Shown piece after piece: positions 8,955 to 19,393 of a DNA stretch of 64,000 nt (within the stretch, counting starts at the first letter, position 1; every line of letters begins with the position of its first letter). The stretch is from a bacterium. GTDB taxonomy: Bacteria > UBA8248. The stretch covers positions 3,328,001-3,392,000 of the forward strand of contig OZ253442.1 in the NCBI GenBank assembly GCA_965261085.1. The letters are read 5' to 3'. The notes under the pieces were generated by a model. The model was given only the letters and a program-made list of their open reading frames with translations, made no database searches and was not told where the DNA came from. The position numbers were made by a program, and so were the translations under genes.

Positions 8955-9014
8955 TTCACTCAGGGCAATGGTTGGCGCGAGCGATTAACTCTAGCCCACC
9001 TTCGATATGCGCCG

Positions 9015-9983
9015 TTACTTTTTCATCATCCCTTTCAGAATTTTGCCCAGTTTCTTGTGCTGTTCCACAAAGAAAGACTGAAACTTTTGCGGTCCCCCCA
9101 TATATCCACTGACTTGAGCGGTGGCTTTGTTGAATTTGATGAACTCGGGGTCTTTGAGCATGGACAAAAAGGACTTGTGAATCTTATCCACGATTGGCTT
9201 GGGCGTTCCGGCCTTCACAAAAACACCGCGCCAAAGGCCGTACACCACATCGAAACCCTGCTCCCTGAAAGTGGGCCAATCCGGGAACGGTTTCAGCCTT
9301 TCGGGATGGGCCACACCCATATAACGGAGCTTGCCCGCCGCCACCTGCGCCTGCGCCTCGGAGGGGTTCAATATGGCGATGTCCACGTGGTCTCCCAGAA
9401 GACCGGCCACCATCTTGGGCGGACTGTCGTGAGGGATGTATTTCACCTTAAGTCCGCCGGCAGCCCGAGTGAGAAGACTCACGGTCAAAGGGTCGTTTCC
9501 GATGGCGTGGGAACCCGCCCACCGGAGCTTTCCCGGGTTTTTCTTCGCCCAGGCGGCCACATCCTTGAAATTCTTCCAAGGCTTACGTGAGCTCACAGCG
9601 GCCCCCTGAGGGTCCACCTGCATCCGAATCACCGCTTGCCAGTCGGTGGTTTTGAACTTGATTTTCCCGATGGACATCAGCATGGGCATGTTCGCCGTCT
9701 CGATGATGATATGGGAACCATCAGCTCGTTTTTTCTGAATATATCCTTGGGCCTTTGCGCCTCCGCCGCCTTTTTTCCATATCACCACGAGAGACTTTCC
9801 AAGGTGTTTTGGGGCGAGTTTGGCCATGAACCGCGCAAGACGGTCGACACCTGAACCGGGTCCGGACTTAATGATCAAATTGACCGGGCGATCTGGGTAC
9901 GCGTGGGAAGGAGTAGCAAAAAACAAACCAATCAGGAAAAGCATACAAATTCCCAAACAAGATACGGGTCGAAATGTTTTCAT
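9015..9983 (-). CDS. tctC: tripartite tricarboxylate transporter substrate-binding protein (Bug)
   Basis: YPDRPV, GSG.D, GGGG, PTFREQG, WRG, GTP motifs. Confidence 0.9.
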   Translation of the reverse strand: MKTFRPVSCLGICMLFLIGLFFATPSHAYPDRPVNLIIKSGPGSGVDRLARFMAKLAPKHLGKSLVVIWKKGGGGAKAQGYIQKKRADGSHIIIETANMPMLMSIGKIKFKTTDWQAVIRMQVDPQGAAVSSRKPWKNFKDVAAWAKKNPGKLRWAGSHAIGNDPLTVSLLTRAAGGLKVKYIPHDSPPKMVAGLLGDHVDIAILNPSEAQAQVAAGKLRYMGVAHPERLKPFPDWPTFREQGFDVVYGLWRGVFVKAGTPKPIVDKIHKSFLSMLKDPEFIKFNKATAQVSGYMGGPQKFQSFFVEQHKKLGKILKGMMKK

Positions 9984-10046
9984 CTTCTTCTCCTTTTCAA
10001 TAGGTCAGAACATGGAAACGTTCAGGTTCTTTTGAATCTCCTGCAT

Positions 10047-12041
10047 TCATCCGCTTTTTGGCAGACTTTCCCCTCCTAGTTGTTTCCAAAAAAACCAGCC
10101 GCAGTGGCGTGTCACCTGGAAAACAACGAGAATCGTCAACAACACGAATCCTGAACCTTGGACAGCGTATCCAGGCCAAAGCATCATGAATGCTCCCAGT
10201 AGGAGCCCTCCTCTCTCGACCCAGGTTGTCTTCCCGATCAAATATCCGCTAAGGCCGGCCGTTCCAGCGACAAGCGCAATCCCAGTCGTCAAGACAACCA
10301 GGATGATTTCAGCCACACTTCCGTTCAATAAAATAGCAGGGGAATAGGCGAAAAGAAATGGAATCACATAGAGGCCTTTGGCCGCTCTGAAGGAAGTCCA
10401 GCCGGTCTTCATTGGATCCGCCTGGGCGATGGCGGCGGCAGTATACGCAGGAATGCAAACAGGGGGCGTGTAACAACTATCCAGGCTGAACCAAAAGATG
10501 ATCATATGGGCCGTCACGGCGCTCATATGGCCCAAGTCGATGAGAGCGGGGGCGGCCATGGCCGCCAGAACGATGTAAGCGGAACTGCTCGGAAGCCCCA
10601 TCCCCAGAACGAAGGAGGCCACCCCGACCAGAATGATCCCAAGGAAGAGACTCCCCCCGGAAGCCGAAACAACGATGGAAGAGAACTTGAGTCCCAACCC
10701 CGTGATTGTCGTGGCCCCGATGATGATCCCCGCAGTCGCACAGGCAGCGGCTATCGGGGCGCACTGACGAGCCCCTCGAACCAGCGCCTTGATGAGTTTA
10801 CTCAATCCGCTTCTCAAGTAATCAAGCGCCACTGCAACAGAAAAATTGTTTTTCCGGAACCCTTCACGGAGATAGTCAATGGCTCCCAACAACGCCATGG
10901 AAATAATCGTGGCAATGATTCCGGCTACTCCTGCATACTGCACCGACCTCCCGATGACCATAAAATAAATCAAAACAGCCGGCGGTATGAGAAAAACAAA
11001 CGCGCGCCCGATCGTGCTGAAAATATCGGGAAGTTCCTCCCAACTCAGACCATGAATGTCGTTTTTCGCCGCCTCCAAATGGACGAACACAAATACGGAC
11101 ATGAAATAGAGCAATGCCGGAATGACCGATATCTTGATGATGGTGAAATAGGAAGTTCCGGTGAATTCGGCCATCAGAAACGCCGCCGTACCCATGATGG
11201 GGGGCATAATCTGGCCCCCGGTGGAAGCCGCGGTCTCCACCGAAGCCGCTACGTGGGGCCGATACCCCATCTTTATCATCAAGGGGATGGTGAAGGTGCC
11301 CGTGGTGACGATGTTGGCGGTGGCGCTTCCCGATATGGTTCCCGAAAGTGCGCTGGCCACCACGGCCGCCTTGGCGGGCCCGCCCCGCATCCGGCCGGTC
11401 AGCAAGAACGCGAAGTCAATGTATATTTTCCCGGCGCCCGAAGCATCGAGCACGGCCCCAAACAGGATGAAAAGGAACATGTAATTGACGAAAACGTACA
11501 TCGGAGCAGACCAAAGGCCCCCATCGGTCAGGTAAAAATGATCGATGATGTCCAAAAATCCGATGCCGCCGTGCCTAAACTCCCACGGCATCCAGGAGCC
11601 AAAGTAGGTGTACACAAGGAAGAAAAACGCAATTAAAGGTAAGGTCAGATTGATTGCCCTGCGCGTGGCCTCCAGAACCAAAATGATGCAAATGACTCCA
11701 AAGAAAATATCCAGGAACAGGACATCATCCACATACCGGGTGCGTTCGAGTAGCCGGTCGAACTCCCGAAGCAGCCATATCACGGAAACCACTGCGGCAA
11801 CACCGAGAAAGGTGGCAAGCACCTTGCTCCATTCCGCTGGTAAAATCCTGTCTTTTTTTGAAGAGGGGATAAGAAAGATGATGGCGGCGGCGGCCATATA
11901 AAACATCGGCCGCTCGAAAATGGCGTCCATCCCGCCGGTAACGGCAAGATAGATCTCCGTAAGAGACATGCCGATCGCGATCAGCATGACAAGATAGCCG
12001 ACGATTCCCTTAGGGGGAAAAGTCTCGCCTTGACTAACCAT
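10047..12041 (-). CDS. TRAP transporter 4TM/12TM fused permease
   Basis: GGPAK, SGSATAN, ASTGGQIMPP, LGMGLP, TPPV motifs. Confidence 0.93.
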   Translation of the reverse strand: MVSQGETFPPKGIVGYLVMLIAIGMSLTEIYLAVTGGMDAIFERPMFYMAAAAIIFLIPSSKKDRILPAEWSKVLATFLGVAAVVSVIWLLREFDRLLERTRYVDDVLFLDIFFGVICIILVLEATRRAINLTLPLIAFFFLVYTYFGSWMPWEFRHGGIGFLDIIDHFYLTDGGLWSAPMYVFVNYMFLFILFGAVLDASGAGKIYIDFAFLLTGRMRGGPAKAAVVASALSGTISGSATANIVTTGTFTIPLMIKMGYRPHVAASVETAASTGGQIMPPIMGTAAFLMAEFTGTSYFTIIKISVIPALLYFMSVFVFVHLEAAKNDIHGLSWEELPDIFSTIGRAFVFLIPPAVLIYFMVIGRSVQYAGVAGIIATIISMALLGAIDYLREGFRKNNFSVAVALDYLRSGLSKLIKALVRGARQCAPIAAACATAGIIIGATTITGLGLKFSSIVVSASGGSLFLGIILVGVASFVLGMGLPSSSAYIVLAAMAAPALIDLGHMSAVTAHMIIFWFSLDSCYTPPVCIPAYTAAAIAQADPMKTGWTSFRAAKGLYVIPFLFAYSPAILLNGSVAEIILVVLTTGIALVAGTAGLSGYLIGKTTWVERGGLLLGAFMMLWPGYAVQGSGFVLLTILVVFQVTRHCGWFFWKQLGGESLPKSG

Positions 12042-12145
12042 GAAGAGCGCCTTCCGGAATTATTTGGAAACGGGCGCTAGAAAAATTGCGCGAACCCATG
12101 GTGCCCGATCATTCCTTTAGCATATTGAACTTGCGCCTTCTCTGG

Positions 12146-13168
12146 TTACATTGCCCCCACTTCCTTGTAATAACGGACTGCCCCTGGGTGCATGGGAACG
12201 CCTTTCATATTCTTCACGGAACCCTTGGGCTCCAAAAAACCGTAAAGCCTGTGGGCGCCTTTCAGGTAATCCTTGTTTTCAAAAACGGTTTTGGTCACTT
12301 TGTAGATCAGGTCGGGCGACTGATCCTCTCTTGTGAAAAGAATCGTTCGAAGACCGTAGGTGTTGAGGGGTTTCTTCTGACCGGGATAAGTTTTTGCGGC
12401 CACAACCGATTCCACCAAGCCGAATTTTTCCAGCCTTTGCCGCATGCCCGAAGTGACCTCGGTGAAATTGATAGGGCGGCGCAAGGCTGCTTGTTTAATC
12501 AACCCGTTTCCGGGGCCAGTGTGAAATAAAACAAAGTCCACGTGCTTATCCTGATAGAAACGCATCATGGCGCGACCTCCGCCGAGGCGGACCGTCACAC
12601 CGGCTTTCTTCAGCGCATCGGCCGAAGTTCCATACGCCTTGAAAAGGTAGGTCCCGATGTTGTAGGTTCCCGTCCCTTTCTTCCCGATGGTTATCCCGGC
12701 CTTGGGTTTCTTTTGCACGAAATCCTCGAACGAGTTAATCCCTTTTCCGGCCAACTCCGGCGCCGCCATGAAATGAACGGCGGACGTATAGAGCCACACC
12801 ATTCCTCTCAGGTTCGGGTGCGCTTTTTTGTATGGCTTTTTCCCTGAAATAGCGTTTCCCACGTAATACGTGTAACTGAAAGCAATGTCAGACTTGCCCA
12901 CCCCCACCAATTGGGGATTGGACTTTCCCCCACCCAGGGTGACGTTAAGGGAGTAATCCTTGTTTTTACGATTGAAGACATCCGCAAGGGCGCCCGCCAT
13001 GACATAGAGTGTGCTGGCGACAGTGGCCGCCCCCAATTTGGCCGTTTTTTTCGCAGCCTCGACTTGGGGGGGAGCGACTAACACAAAAGCAAACAGAGAG
13101 ACATACGCTACAATCAATGCTGAGTGCCGGCGACAAGTCCTTTTGAGCATCAATTTACCCTCCCTCAT
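12146..13168 (-). CDS. TAXI-family TRAP solute-binding protein
   Basis: Signal peptide; TYPGQ; C-terminal PMHPGA.RYYKE. Confidence 0.9.
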   Translation of the reverse strand: MREGKLMLKRTCRRHSALIVAYVSLFAFVLVAPPQVEAAKKTAKLGAATVASTLYVMAGALADVFNRKNKDYSLNVTLGGGKSNPQLVGVGKSDIAFSYTYYVGNAISGKKPYKKAHPNLRGMVWLYTSAVHFMAAPELAGKGINSFEDFVQKKPKAGITIGKKGTGTYNIGTYLFKAYGTSADALKKAGVTVRLGGGRAMMRFYQDKHVDFVLFHTGPGNGLIKQAALRRPINFTEVTSGMRQRLEKFGLVESVVAAKTYPGQKKPLNTYGLRTILFTREDQSPDLIYKVTKTVFENKDYLKGAHRLYGFLEPKGSVKNMKGVPMHPGAVRYYKEVGAM

Positions 13169-13229
13169 GAGAACAGGATGAATCTACATCATTGAATGGG
13201 ACGATTCTAACCAACGCCTCGAGTCTTAT

Positions 13230-13634
13230 CTAAGCGCTCGGATTCATAGTGGCAATCGCTTTCTCCGTATATTCCTTGAGGTGGTTGTAGGCCCTGTCGG
13301 AAAGTTTGCATACCTCGGGGCCATAGGTGCCGGGTCCCCGCGCATGCGTTGTTCTCAGGCTCTCGAATACGGTCAATTCGGTGAGGGCCCGCCGGGCCTC
13401 CTCATCTATGTTGGCCTCCAGGAAATCGTGGTCCGCGTAATCAAAGAGATACCATGTATGGGCAACGTCATCTTTTTCGGGAATGATTCCTTTTGCATGC
13501 AGGGCGGCATTTATCCAATTCGAACAGATGTGCATCCGGGCCCACATCACCGCCTCGAAATCTTCCTCGGGGTGAAGTTTTTGCATCGATTGCACAAATC
13601 GGTCGGCTTTGGCCATATGCTCCTCGATTTTCAT
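13230..13634 (-). CDS. hypothetical helical protein, HEPN-like; paralogue of 13656..14063
   Basis: H.AKA.R, NAALH..GI, D.AHT, E.LR..H.R shared with its neighbour; SD GGAG. Confidence 0.7.
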   Translation of the reverse strand: MKIEEHMAKADRFVQSMQKLHPEEDFEAVMWARMHICSNWINAALHAKGIIPEKDDVAHTWYLFDYADHDFLEANIDEEARRALTELTVFESLRTTHARGPGTYGPEVCKLSDRAYNHLKEYTEKAIATMNPSA

Positions 13635-13655
13635 GGTTTATCTCCAGAATTTTAG

Positions 13656-14063
13656 TTAAACCACTCTCCAGACCGTGGGCCGTGCTGCATCTCCGACGAT
13701 TCCCAGAAAACCCGCTTTTGCCTCCTCCAGACTTAGAAGGCATTTATCTATGATCGCCCGGCTAATCGGTTCATTGTCCCGACAATGTTTGGGGCGAAGC
13801 TGCTCGATAAATTTGAGCGGTTCCATCGCAGCTTGAAGATTTGCGCTGGGCTTCTTGATGTATCCGTCCAAAGTGGGTCGGAAGGTATGGGCGTGGTCCA
13901 TCAATTGGGTAGTGATCCCTTCCACGTGGAGAGCCGCGTTAAAATAGTGCGTGGCGGTAAGCATACATGTCTCGATGATCATCTCGGGGTCGTTATCGGG
14001 ATCTAATTTTCGAAGAGAGGTTTCGATTCTTTGCGCTTTTGCGACGTGGTCACGGGGTTCCAA
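13656..14063 (-). CDS. hypothetical helical protein, HEPN-like; paralogue of 13230..13634
   Basis: TTG start with GGAGGAG SD; aligns by eye along the length of the downstream ORF. Confidence 0.7.
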   Translation of the reverse strand: MEPRDHVAKAQRIETSLRKLDPDNDPEMIIETCMLTATHYFNAALHVEGITTQLMDHAHTFRPTLDGYIKKPSANLQAAMEPLKFIEQLRPKHCRDNEPISRAIIDKCLLSLEEAKAGFLGIVGDAARPTVWRVV

Positions 14064-14458
14064 TATGGATCTCCTCCGCTTTCCGGTGGGGGCTCTAAGC
14101 GAACACAACTGTATCTACACTCATTCCCCCCTAACCCCTTCGTCCCAGGGAATTGCACCATCAGCTTCAACATAGCTCAGATTAACTATCAAATATCTCC
14201 CGCTCAGGAGGGGTATGTCAACTACCTGAAAAACAACCTCTCGGTCACATTGAATTTATATAGAAATCATGCCCGGGTGTTTTCATGTAAAACAATTTCC
14301 CGTTAGTTAAAGTGAGACCATACCAAGCGGGTTAGATGGTTCTGAATTCCCTTCATGGGCGTCTTGAAACCATGTTATTTGACTTCACTTCGCATCAGAC
14401 ACCATATTATGGGCACTTCGCGAAACCCCAATCTCACCTATGAGTTGGAGGCCTACCC

Positions 14459-15646
14459 ATGAACCCAGTCGAGCAAGTGGAAACCACGGACGTCTTTGAC
14501 GCCTCAACCGGAAAAAAGATGAACATCATCGATTGCGACGTGCATCCCCGAATGCCGAAAGGGGTTCAATCCCTAAAGCCCTATCTTCCCGAAAAGTGGC
14601 AGGCCCGGCTCGGGATGAAGGGCGCTCTGGTGAAAGACGAAGCCAATCCCCGAAATACATTTGCAGTGCCCCGGCGCGCTTTCTTTCATCCTCATCCGGG
14701 GGGGTCGGGGAGAGTGGACGCCAGACCACCCGAGGGCGGACCCATTGGCTCCAGCATCAATTTCTTGAGAAGCCAGCTTCTTGACGAACACGATATGAAC
14801 TACGCCATTATCGTCGGGCAAGACGCCACGGGGGTCTCAGGAATTCCGGATGCAGACCTAAGCGCTGCTTATGCCTCTGCTTACAACGATTTTGTTCTGG
14901 CCGAATGGGCCTCCACCGATCACCGTCTCAAGGCCTGCATCTGGGTGAGCCCGCGCGATCCGCAACTTGCAGCAGATGAAATCGACCGATTGGCCGATCA
15001 TCCGGATATCGTTTCGGTCCAGATTTGCCCGATGGATATCCCCCTGGGCAAGCGATACATGTGGCCGATATACGAAGCGGCTTCGCGTCACAATCTCCCC
15101 GTTGCGATCCACGGCGGCGCTGAAACCTCCGGCGTCAATCCACCGATGCTGGCCGTGGGGATGCCTTCTTATTTCATCGAGTTGCATAGCGGTTTGCCCC
15201 AGGTGGGGTGGATGCACGTGACGAGCATGGTATGCGAGGGGGTGTTCGAGCGTTTCCCGAACCTGAAATTCATTGTCCAGGAAATGGGTTACGCATGGGT
15301 CGTGGGTCTCATGTGGCGTCTGGACAAGGAGTGGAGATCCCTGCGGCTGGAAGTTCCCTGGGTCAAGAAGCCGCCCAGCGAAATCATTCGGAAGAACGTT
15401 CGGTTTACGAGCCAGCCTGTCGAGGAGCCGCCCAAGCCCGAATTCAATGTACAAATGCTGAAAATGATTTATGCGGAAGACACGCTTCAGTTTTCATCCG
15501 ACTACCCGCATTGGGATTTCGACGATCCGCGCTATGTTTTCCCCAACATCGACCCGGAACTGCGCAAGAGCATCTTTTACAAAAATGCGCTGGATACTTA
15601 CCCGAAAATCAAGAAACTCGTGGTGGGGGAAAACGGGGTAACCTGA
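14459..15646 (+). CDS. amidohydrolase_2 TIM-barrel protein, probable dinuclear oxygenase (AibH/PtmU3-like)
   Basis: DCDVH, IHG, QEMGY.W, TSQP.EEP, SSDYPHWDFD; coupled to a Rieske gene. Confidence 0.8.
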   Translation: MNPVEQVETTDVFDASTGKKMNIIDCDVHPRMPKGVQSLKPYLPEKWQARLGMKGALVKDEANPRNTFAVPRRAFFHPHPGGSGRVDARPPEGGPIGSSINFLRSQLLDEHDMNYAIIVGQDATGVSGIPDADLSAAYASAYNDFVLAEWASTDHRLKACIWVSPRDPQLAADEIDRLADHPDIVSVQICPMDIPLGKRYMWPIYEAASRHNLPVAIHGGAETSGVNPPMLAVGMPSYFIELHSGLPQVGWMHVTSMVCEGVFERFPNLKFIVQEMGYAWVVGLMWRLDKEWRSLRLEVPWVKKPPSEIIRKNVRFTSQPVEEPPKPEFNVQMLKMIYAEDTLQFSSDYPHWDFDDPRYVFPNIDPELRKSIFYKNALDTYPKIKKLVVGENGVT

Positions 15647-16056
15647 TGGGAAGACATATCATATGCAAGGTCTCGGACTTACCTCCCGGCGAAAGGAAAA
15701 TCGTTGAATTCGAAAATCGCTCCATCGGGGTATTCAACATAAAGGGCGACTATTACGCATTGAGAAACATATGTCCCCATCAGGGGGCTCCTTTATGCAT
15801 CGGGCCCGTGCGTGGAACGATGGACGCAAGCGCCCCCCACCAGATTCAATACGTAAAAGATGGCGAAATACTCGTTTGCCCTTGGCATTGTTGGGAGTTT
15901 GATATCCTCACGGGGCGCTCCGTTTTCAATCCCCACCGCACCCGCGTGAAAGCGTACAAAGTGACGGTCGAGCGGCCGGAGGATATAGCGGAAGACCCCT
16001 CGGTGGAAACGTTTCGGGTAAGGGTGGAGGATGATCTCGTCATCTTGTACGTGTGA
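15646..16056 (+). CDS. Rieske [2Fe-2S] ferredoxin
   Basis: CPHQGAPL...CPWH; TGATG overlap with the upstream stop. Confidence 0.92.
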   Translation: MGRHIICKVSDLPPGERKIVEFENRSIGVFNIKGDYYALRNICPHQGAPLCIGPVRGTMDASAPHQIQYVKDGEILVCPWHCWEFDILTGRSVFNPHRTRVKAYKVTVERPEDIAEDPSVETFRVRVEDDLVILYV

Positions 16057-16384
16057 GGCGAACCATTCTGGCCGGATTCTCCTATCAGGCTTCTTCGAGA
16101 GCACTCTGAACTTGTCGAATTTAAGGATCGAAAATTTGAGAGCCTAAGTCAGGAAAACCTATTTTCACTCACTACAGGAGGAAAGGCATGTCGCTAGAAC
16201 CCGTGCGCGCGCTCCACGACGGCGCCCGATTCGTGCTTGGGTCGCATCCGTATGTTGAGCGAGCTCACGTGACCCTGCGTGGCGCAAGGTTACGTGAATC
16301 CATGAGACGCGAGCACATCAAAGCAGGCTGCGGCGCGTAATGTGCTCTTGAGACATCTGGAGACATCCAGCGGGCGATGGACGA

Positions 16385-17626
16385 TCACGATCGAGCGACG
16401 GAATCTCGGCTGCGTTGTGCGCCTCCATCTCCCTCGGCCCATCTCATGGCAGCGTAGGCCCCTACTCCGAAGACCCCGAAAGAGGCAATCAGGGCGTACA
16501 TGGTTCCATCGAAACTTTGGCCCACGAGCGCTCCGAATGGTACCGAGATAAAGGTGGAGAGCGAAGCAACCACTCCCGCTCCCACTCCGGCGATGTGGCC
16601 GAGGGGTTCCATGGCGAGCGCATTGAGATTTCCGAAGAGGAGTCCGATGCAGAGAAAGACGACGAGCAGGTAGGTCATGAACAGCCACAACGGAGGAAGT
16701 CCCTCGAAGGCGAAGGCCAGCGTCCACGCAACGGCCGAGACCAGTGTCATGGACACCGTCGCCGTCCTCGATAGCCGGTGCATCCCATACTTCATAACGA
16801 GCCACCCGTTCACGAGCGAGGCGCCTCCGAAAGCAAGCGCCAGCACGCCGAAATAGGCTGGGAATAGCGCGCCGGTCCTGTAGGCCTCCTGGAAGATTTG
16901 CTGGGCGGAGCTAAGGTAGGCCACGAACGGCGCGAACACGCATCCGGTGGCGACGGTATATCCAAGCGCGGCCCGAATCCGCAACACCTCCAGGACGGCT
17001 CCACCGATGGCGCGCGGGGAGAGGGGTCGCCGACGGGCGGTGGGCAGGGTTTCCGGCTGGCGAAGTGAAAACCATGCGAATGTGATCGCGGCGATGATGA
17101 AGAAGGTGGCGAATATCGCGCGCCAGCCACCCAGCCACATTATCCCCTGTCCGAGGAAAGGAGCGACAGTGGGAACGAGAATGAACACGGCCATCGCAAA
17201 CGACATGAGACGAGCCATTTGGCGTCCTTCGTATTGATCGCGCACCAAGGCAACGGTCACGATGCGCGGTCCCGCGATTCCGATGCCCTGCAGTACGCGG
17301 CCCGCAATCATCACCTCGAAAGTGTGTGCGAAGAAGCTCATGACACATCCCAACATGAACAGAACGAGGCCGGCATGGATAGAGGGCTTGCGTCCGATTC
17401 CGTCAGAGAGAGGGCCAAAAACGATCTGCCCAAAGGCGAGCCCCAGGAACACAGCCGTGACGACGAACTGAACGTCGTTTCTGCGCGGCGCCCCGAGGTC
17501 GTGGCCGATCACGGGCAGCGCCGGCAGTATCGCGTCAATAGCGAGCGCGACGAGCGCCATCAGAAGGGCGACGAGGGGAACGAATTCGCCAAGACGAAGG
17601 GCGGGTCCGATGGACGGTTTGCTCAT
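16385..17626 (-). CDS. Bcr/CflA-family MFS efflux transporter
   Basis: ID..LPALP, GPLSD..GRKP, GR.LQG motifs; about 12 TM segments. Confidence 0.9.
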   Translation of the reverse strand: MSKPSIGPALRLGEFVPLVALLMALVALAIDAILPALPVIGHDLGAPRRNDVQFVVTAVFLGLAFGQIVFGPLSDGIGRKPSIHAGLVLFMLGCVMSFFAHTFEVMIAGRVLQGIGIAGPRIVTVALVRDQYEGRQMARLMSFAMAVFILVPTVAPFLGQGIMWLGGWRAIFATFFIIAAITFAWFSLRQPETLPTARRRPLSPRAIGGAVLEVLRIRAALGYTVATGCVFAPFVAYLSSAQQIFQEAYRTGALFPAYFGVLALAFGGASLVNGWLVMKYGMHRLSRTATVSMTLVSAVAWTLAFAFEGLPPLWLFMTYLLVVFLCIGLLFGNLNALAMEPLGHIAGVGAGVVASLSTFISVPFGALVGQSFDGTMYALIASFGVFGVGAYAAMRWAEGDGGAQRSRDSVARS

Positions 17627-18088
17627 TTTCCCTCCCAGGGCGTCAATACCGATTGAATCGGTGTCGACTCGATCATAGTCCGGCCGGCGACAGCTTGATC
17701 ACGGTTACGCTCCGGCGTGTCGCAGTCTAATCCAGGCTGAAGTGTCTCACCTTTCGCCGCATGATGCGCCTCGAAATCTTCGATCGCCGTCCTGAACTGT
17801 TCCACATGCTCGGGGAGGCGGAGGAAATGGAAAGATTCCGGCACAGGTTTTCAGGCGTGGCCAGAGTGCAAAAAAAGCCGCCGTGGCCGGCGGGGCGCCA
17901 TGCGCCGGATTTGACGATAACCCCAAGCGTTGTGTACATTACTGTGATTAACAGATAATTGAATAAAGTGATTCACCGATCGGTTTTGGCCGAAAGAATT
18001 GGAGGGGTGAATACGGCCGGGCGCGAATCGGTATTTTTCATAGCCGTGATTTAATCATCGTCTATACACTCTAAGGGGGAATTGGGAG

Positions 18089-19159
18089 ATGAGGAATACC
18101 TGGCTGTTTCAACTCGCGAAGACGTTTTTTGTAGTGATGGTGGTTTTTGCTTTTGCTGCTTCCGCAATGGCGGCGTCCAAAATCGGAAAGACCCGGGAAG
18201 AGATCATCAAGCTGTCGAAAAAAGAGCCTCCTGTTCGAATCGCCACGACCTGGGCGGGGAAAATCATCAATTTTCAGAAACGCGGCTTCAAGAAAAAATA
18301 CGGCTTGTCTTTAGACTTCACCAACGTGTCCGGGCTGGCCAGCCGGGAGCGGATAATGAACGAGGCGCTTAGCGGAATCTACGAAAACGACCTCGTGAAC
18401 GTTTCCGGTTCGCTGCGTGATAAATTCATCAAGGTCGGGATCATCGTTCCCATCAATTATGCTTCCCTTTTCCCGGAGGTGCGGAAGGATATCATCAGCC
18501 CCAAGGGCCATTTTCTGGGTACGGGGATGAATCAGTTCGGGATAGCCTACAACCCCAAAATAGTTTCGCCGGGTGATGCGCCCAAGGGCTGGCAGGATTG
18601 TTTGAATCCGAAGTGGAAGGGCAAGCTCGCCGTACTCACGCGCCCCTTGACTTGGATTCAACTGCATTTCTATTGGAAGAAAGAGAAAAGCGTCGCCTAC
18701 CACAAGGCGCTCAAGAACAATAAGCCCGTCTGGATGTCGAGCACGAATTCGACGACCGCGCAGGTAGCCGCCGGCGAGTTCCCGCTCCTTTGCGGCGTTC
18801 AGTATCATGCGGTCAAGAACGTGTTGCGCAGAGACCCGAAAGCTCCGATCAAGTTTACCGTTCCCAAGATATTTCCCTATCAGGTCGGTGAAGCCCTCGC
18901 GGTGATGAAGGGGGGGAAAGCTCCGAACTCCGCTATTCTGCTGGCGTCCTACCTCGCTACGGACGGAGCGCCCGGCTATGGCCTTTACGGGAGGAGCAAT
19001 CCGAATATCAAGGGAACGGATGCCTATAACTACATCAGAAAAGCCGGCGCCAAACCCGTCTGGTTCGGCTGGGAGGCCGCCGGATCGGTTCAGGCCAACG
19101 CATCCAGAGAGATCGTATCCACCTGGGGATTCCCCAAGGGCAGAAAGAGGAAGAAGTAG
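18089..19159 (+). CDS. ABC substrate-binding protein (AfuA/FbpA/PotD-like)
   Basis: Signal peptide; YNP...P..W.D.L.P.WKG; AGE; APNSA. Confidence 0.82.
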   Translation: MRNTWLFQLAKTFFVVMVVFAFAASAMAASKIGKTREEIIKLSKKEPPVRIATTWAGKIINFQKRGFKKKYGLSLDFTNVSGLASRERIMNEALSGIYENDLVNVSGSLRDKFIKVGIIVPINYASLFPEVRKDIISPKGHFLGTGMNQFGIAYNPKIVSPGDAPKGWQDCLNPKWKGKLAVLTRPLTWIQLHFYWKKEKSVAYHKALKNNKPVWMSSTNSTTAQVAAGEFPLLCGVQYHAVKNVLRRDPKAPIKFTVPKIFPYQVGEALAVMKGGKAPNSAILLASYLATDGAPGYGLYGRSNPNIKGTDAYNYIRKAGAKPVWFGWEAAGSVQANASREIVSTWGFPKGRKRKK

Positions 19160-19393
19160 CATCCCGGGCGACGAGCGCCGGGATGCTCCAGGGAGGTTTT
19201 CCGTCGGGGGCCAATGTCTCCGTAATCGATTCGGGCCGCTGGGCGCTCCGTCCGGGAGCGCCCGGCGGTCCATCCGGCGATTCCTTTCGGGGAGGCTCGG
19301 TTTGGCTCTTCCGTGTCCTTATCGACTGGCTCATCTGCGAACAAAAGGAAATGAGCCGCGCTCTTCCGTGCCGTTCGGCGAAGGACGAAAGAT

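Noticed and set aside
17968-17979. GTGATTCACCGA repeated at 56937-56948 as a shared operator
   Set aside because: One 12-mer match between intergenic regions is within chance expectation, and no regulator is nearby.
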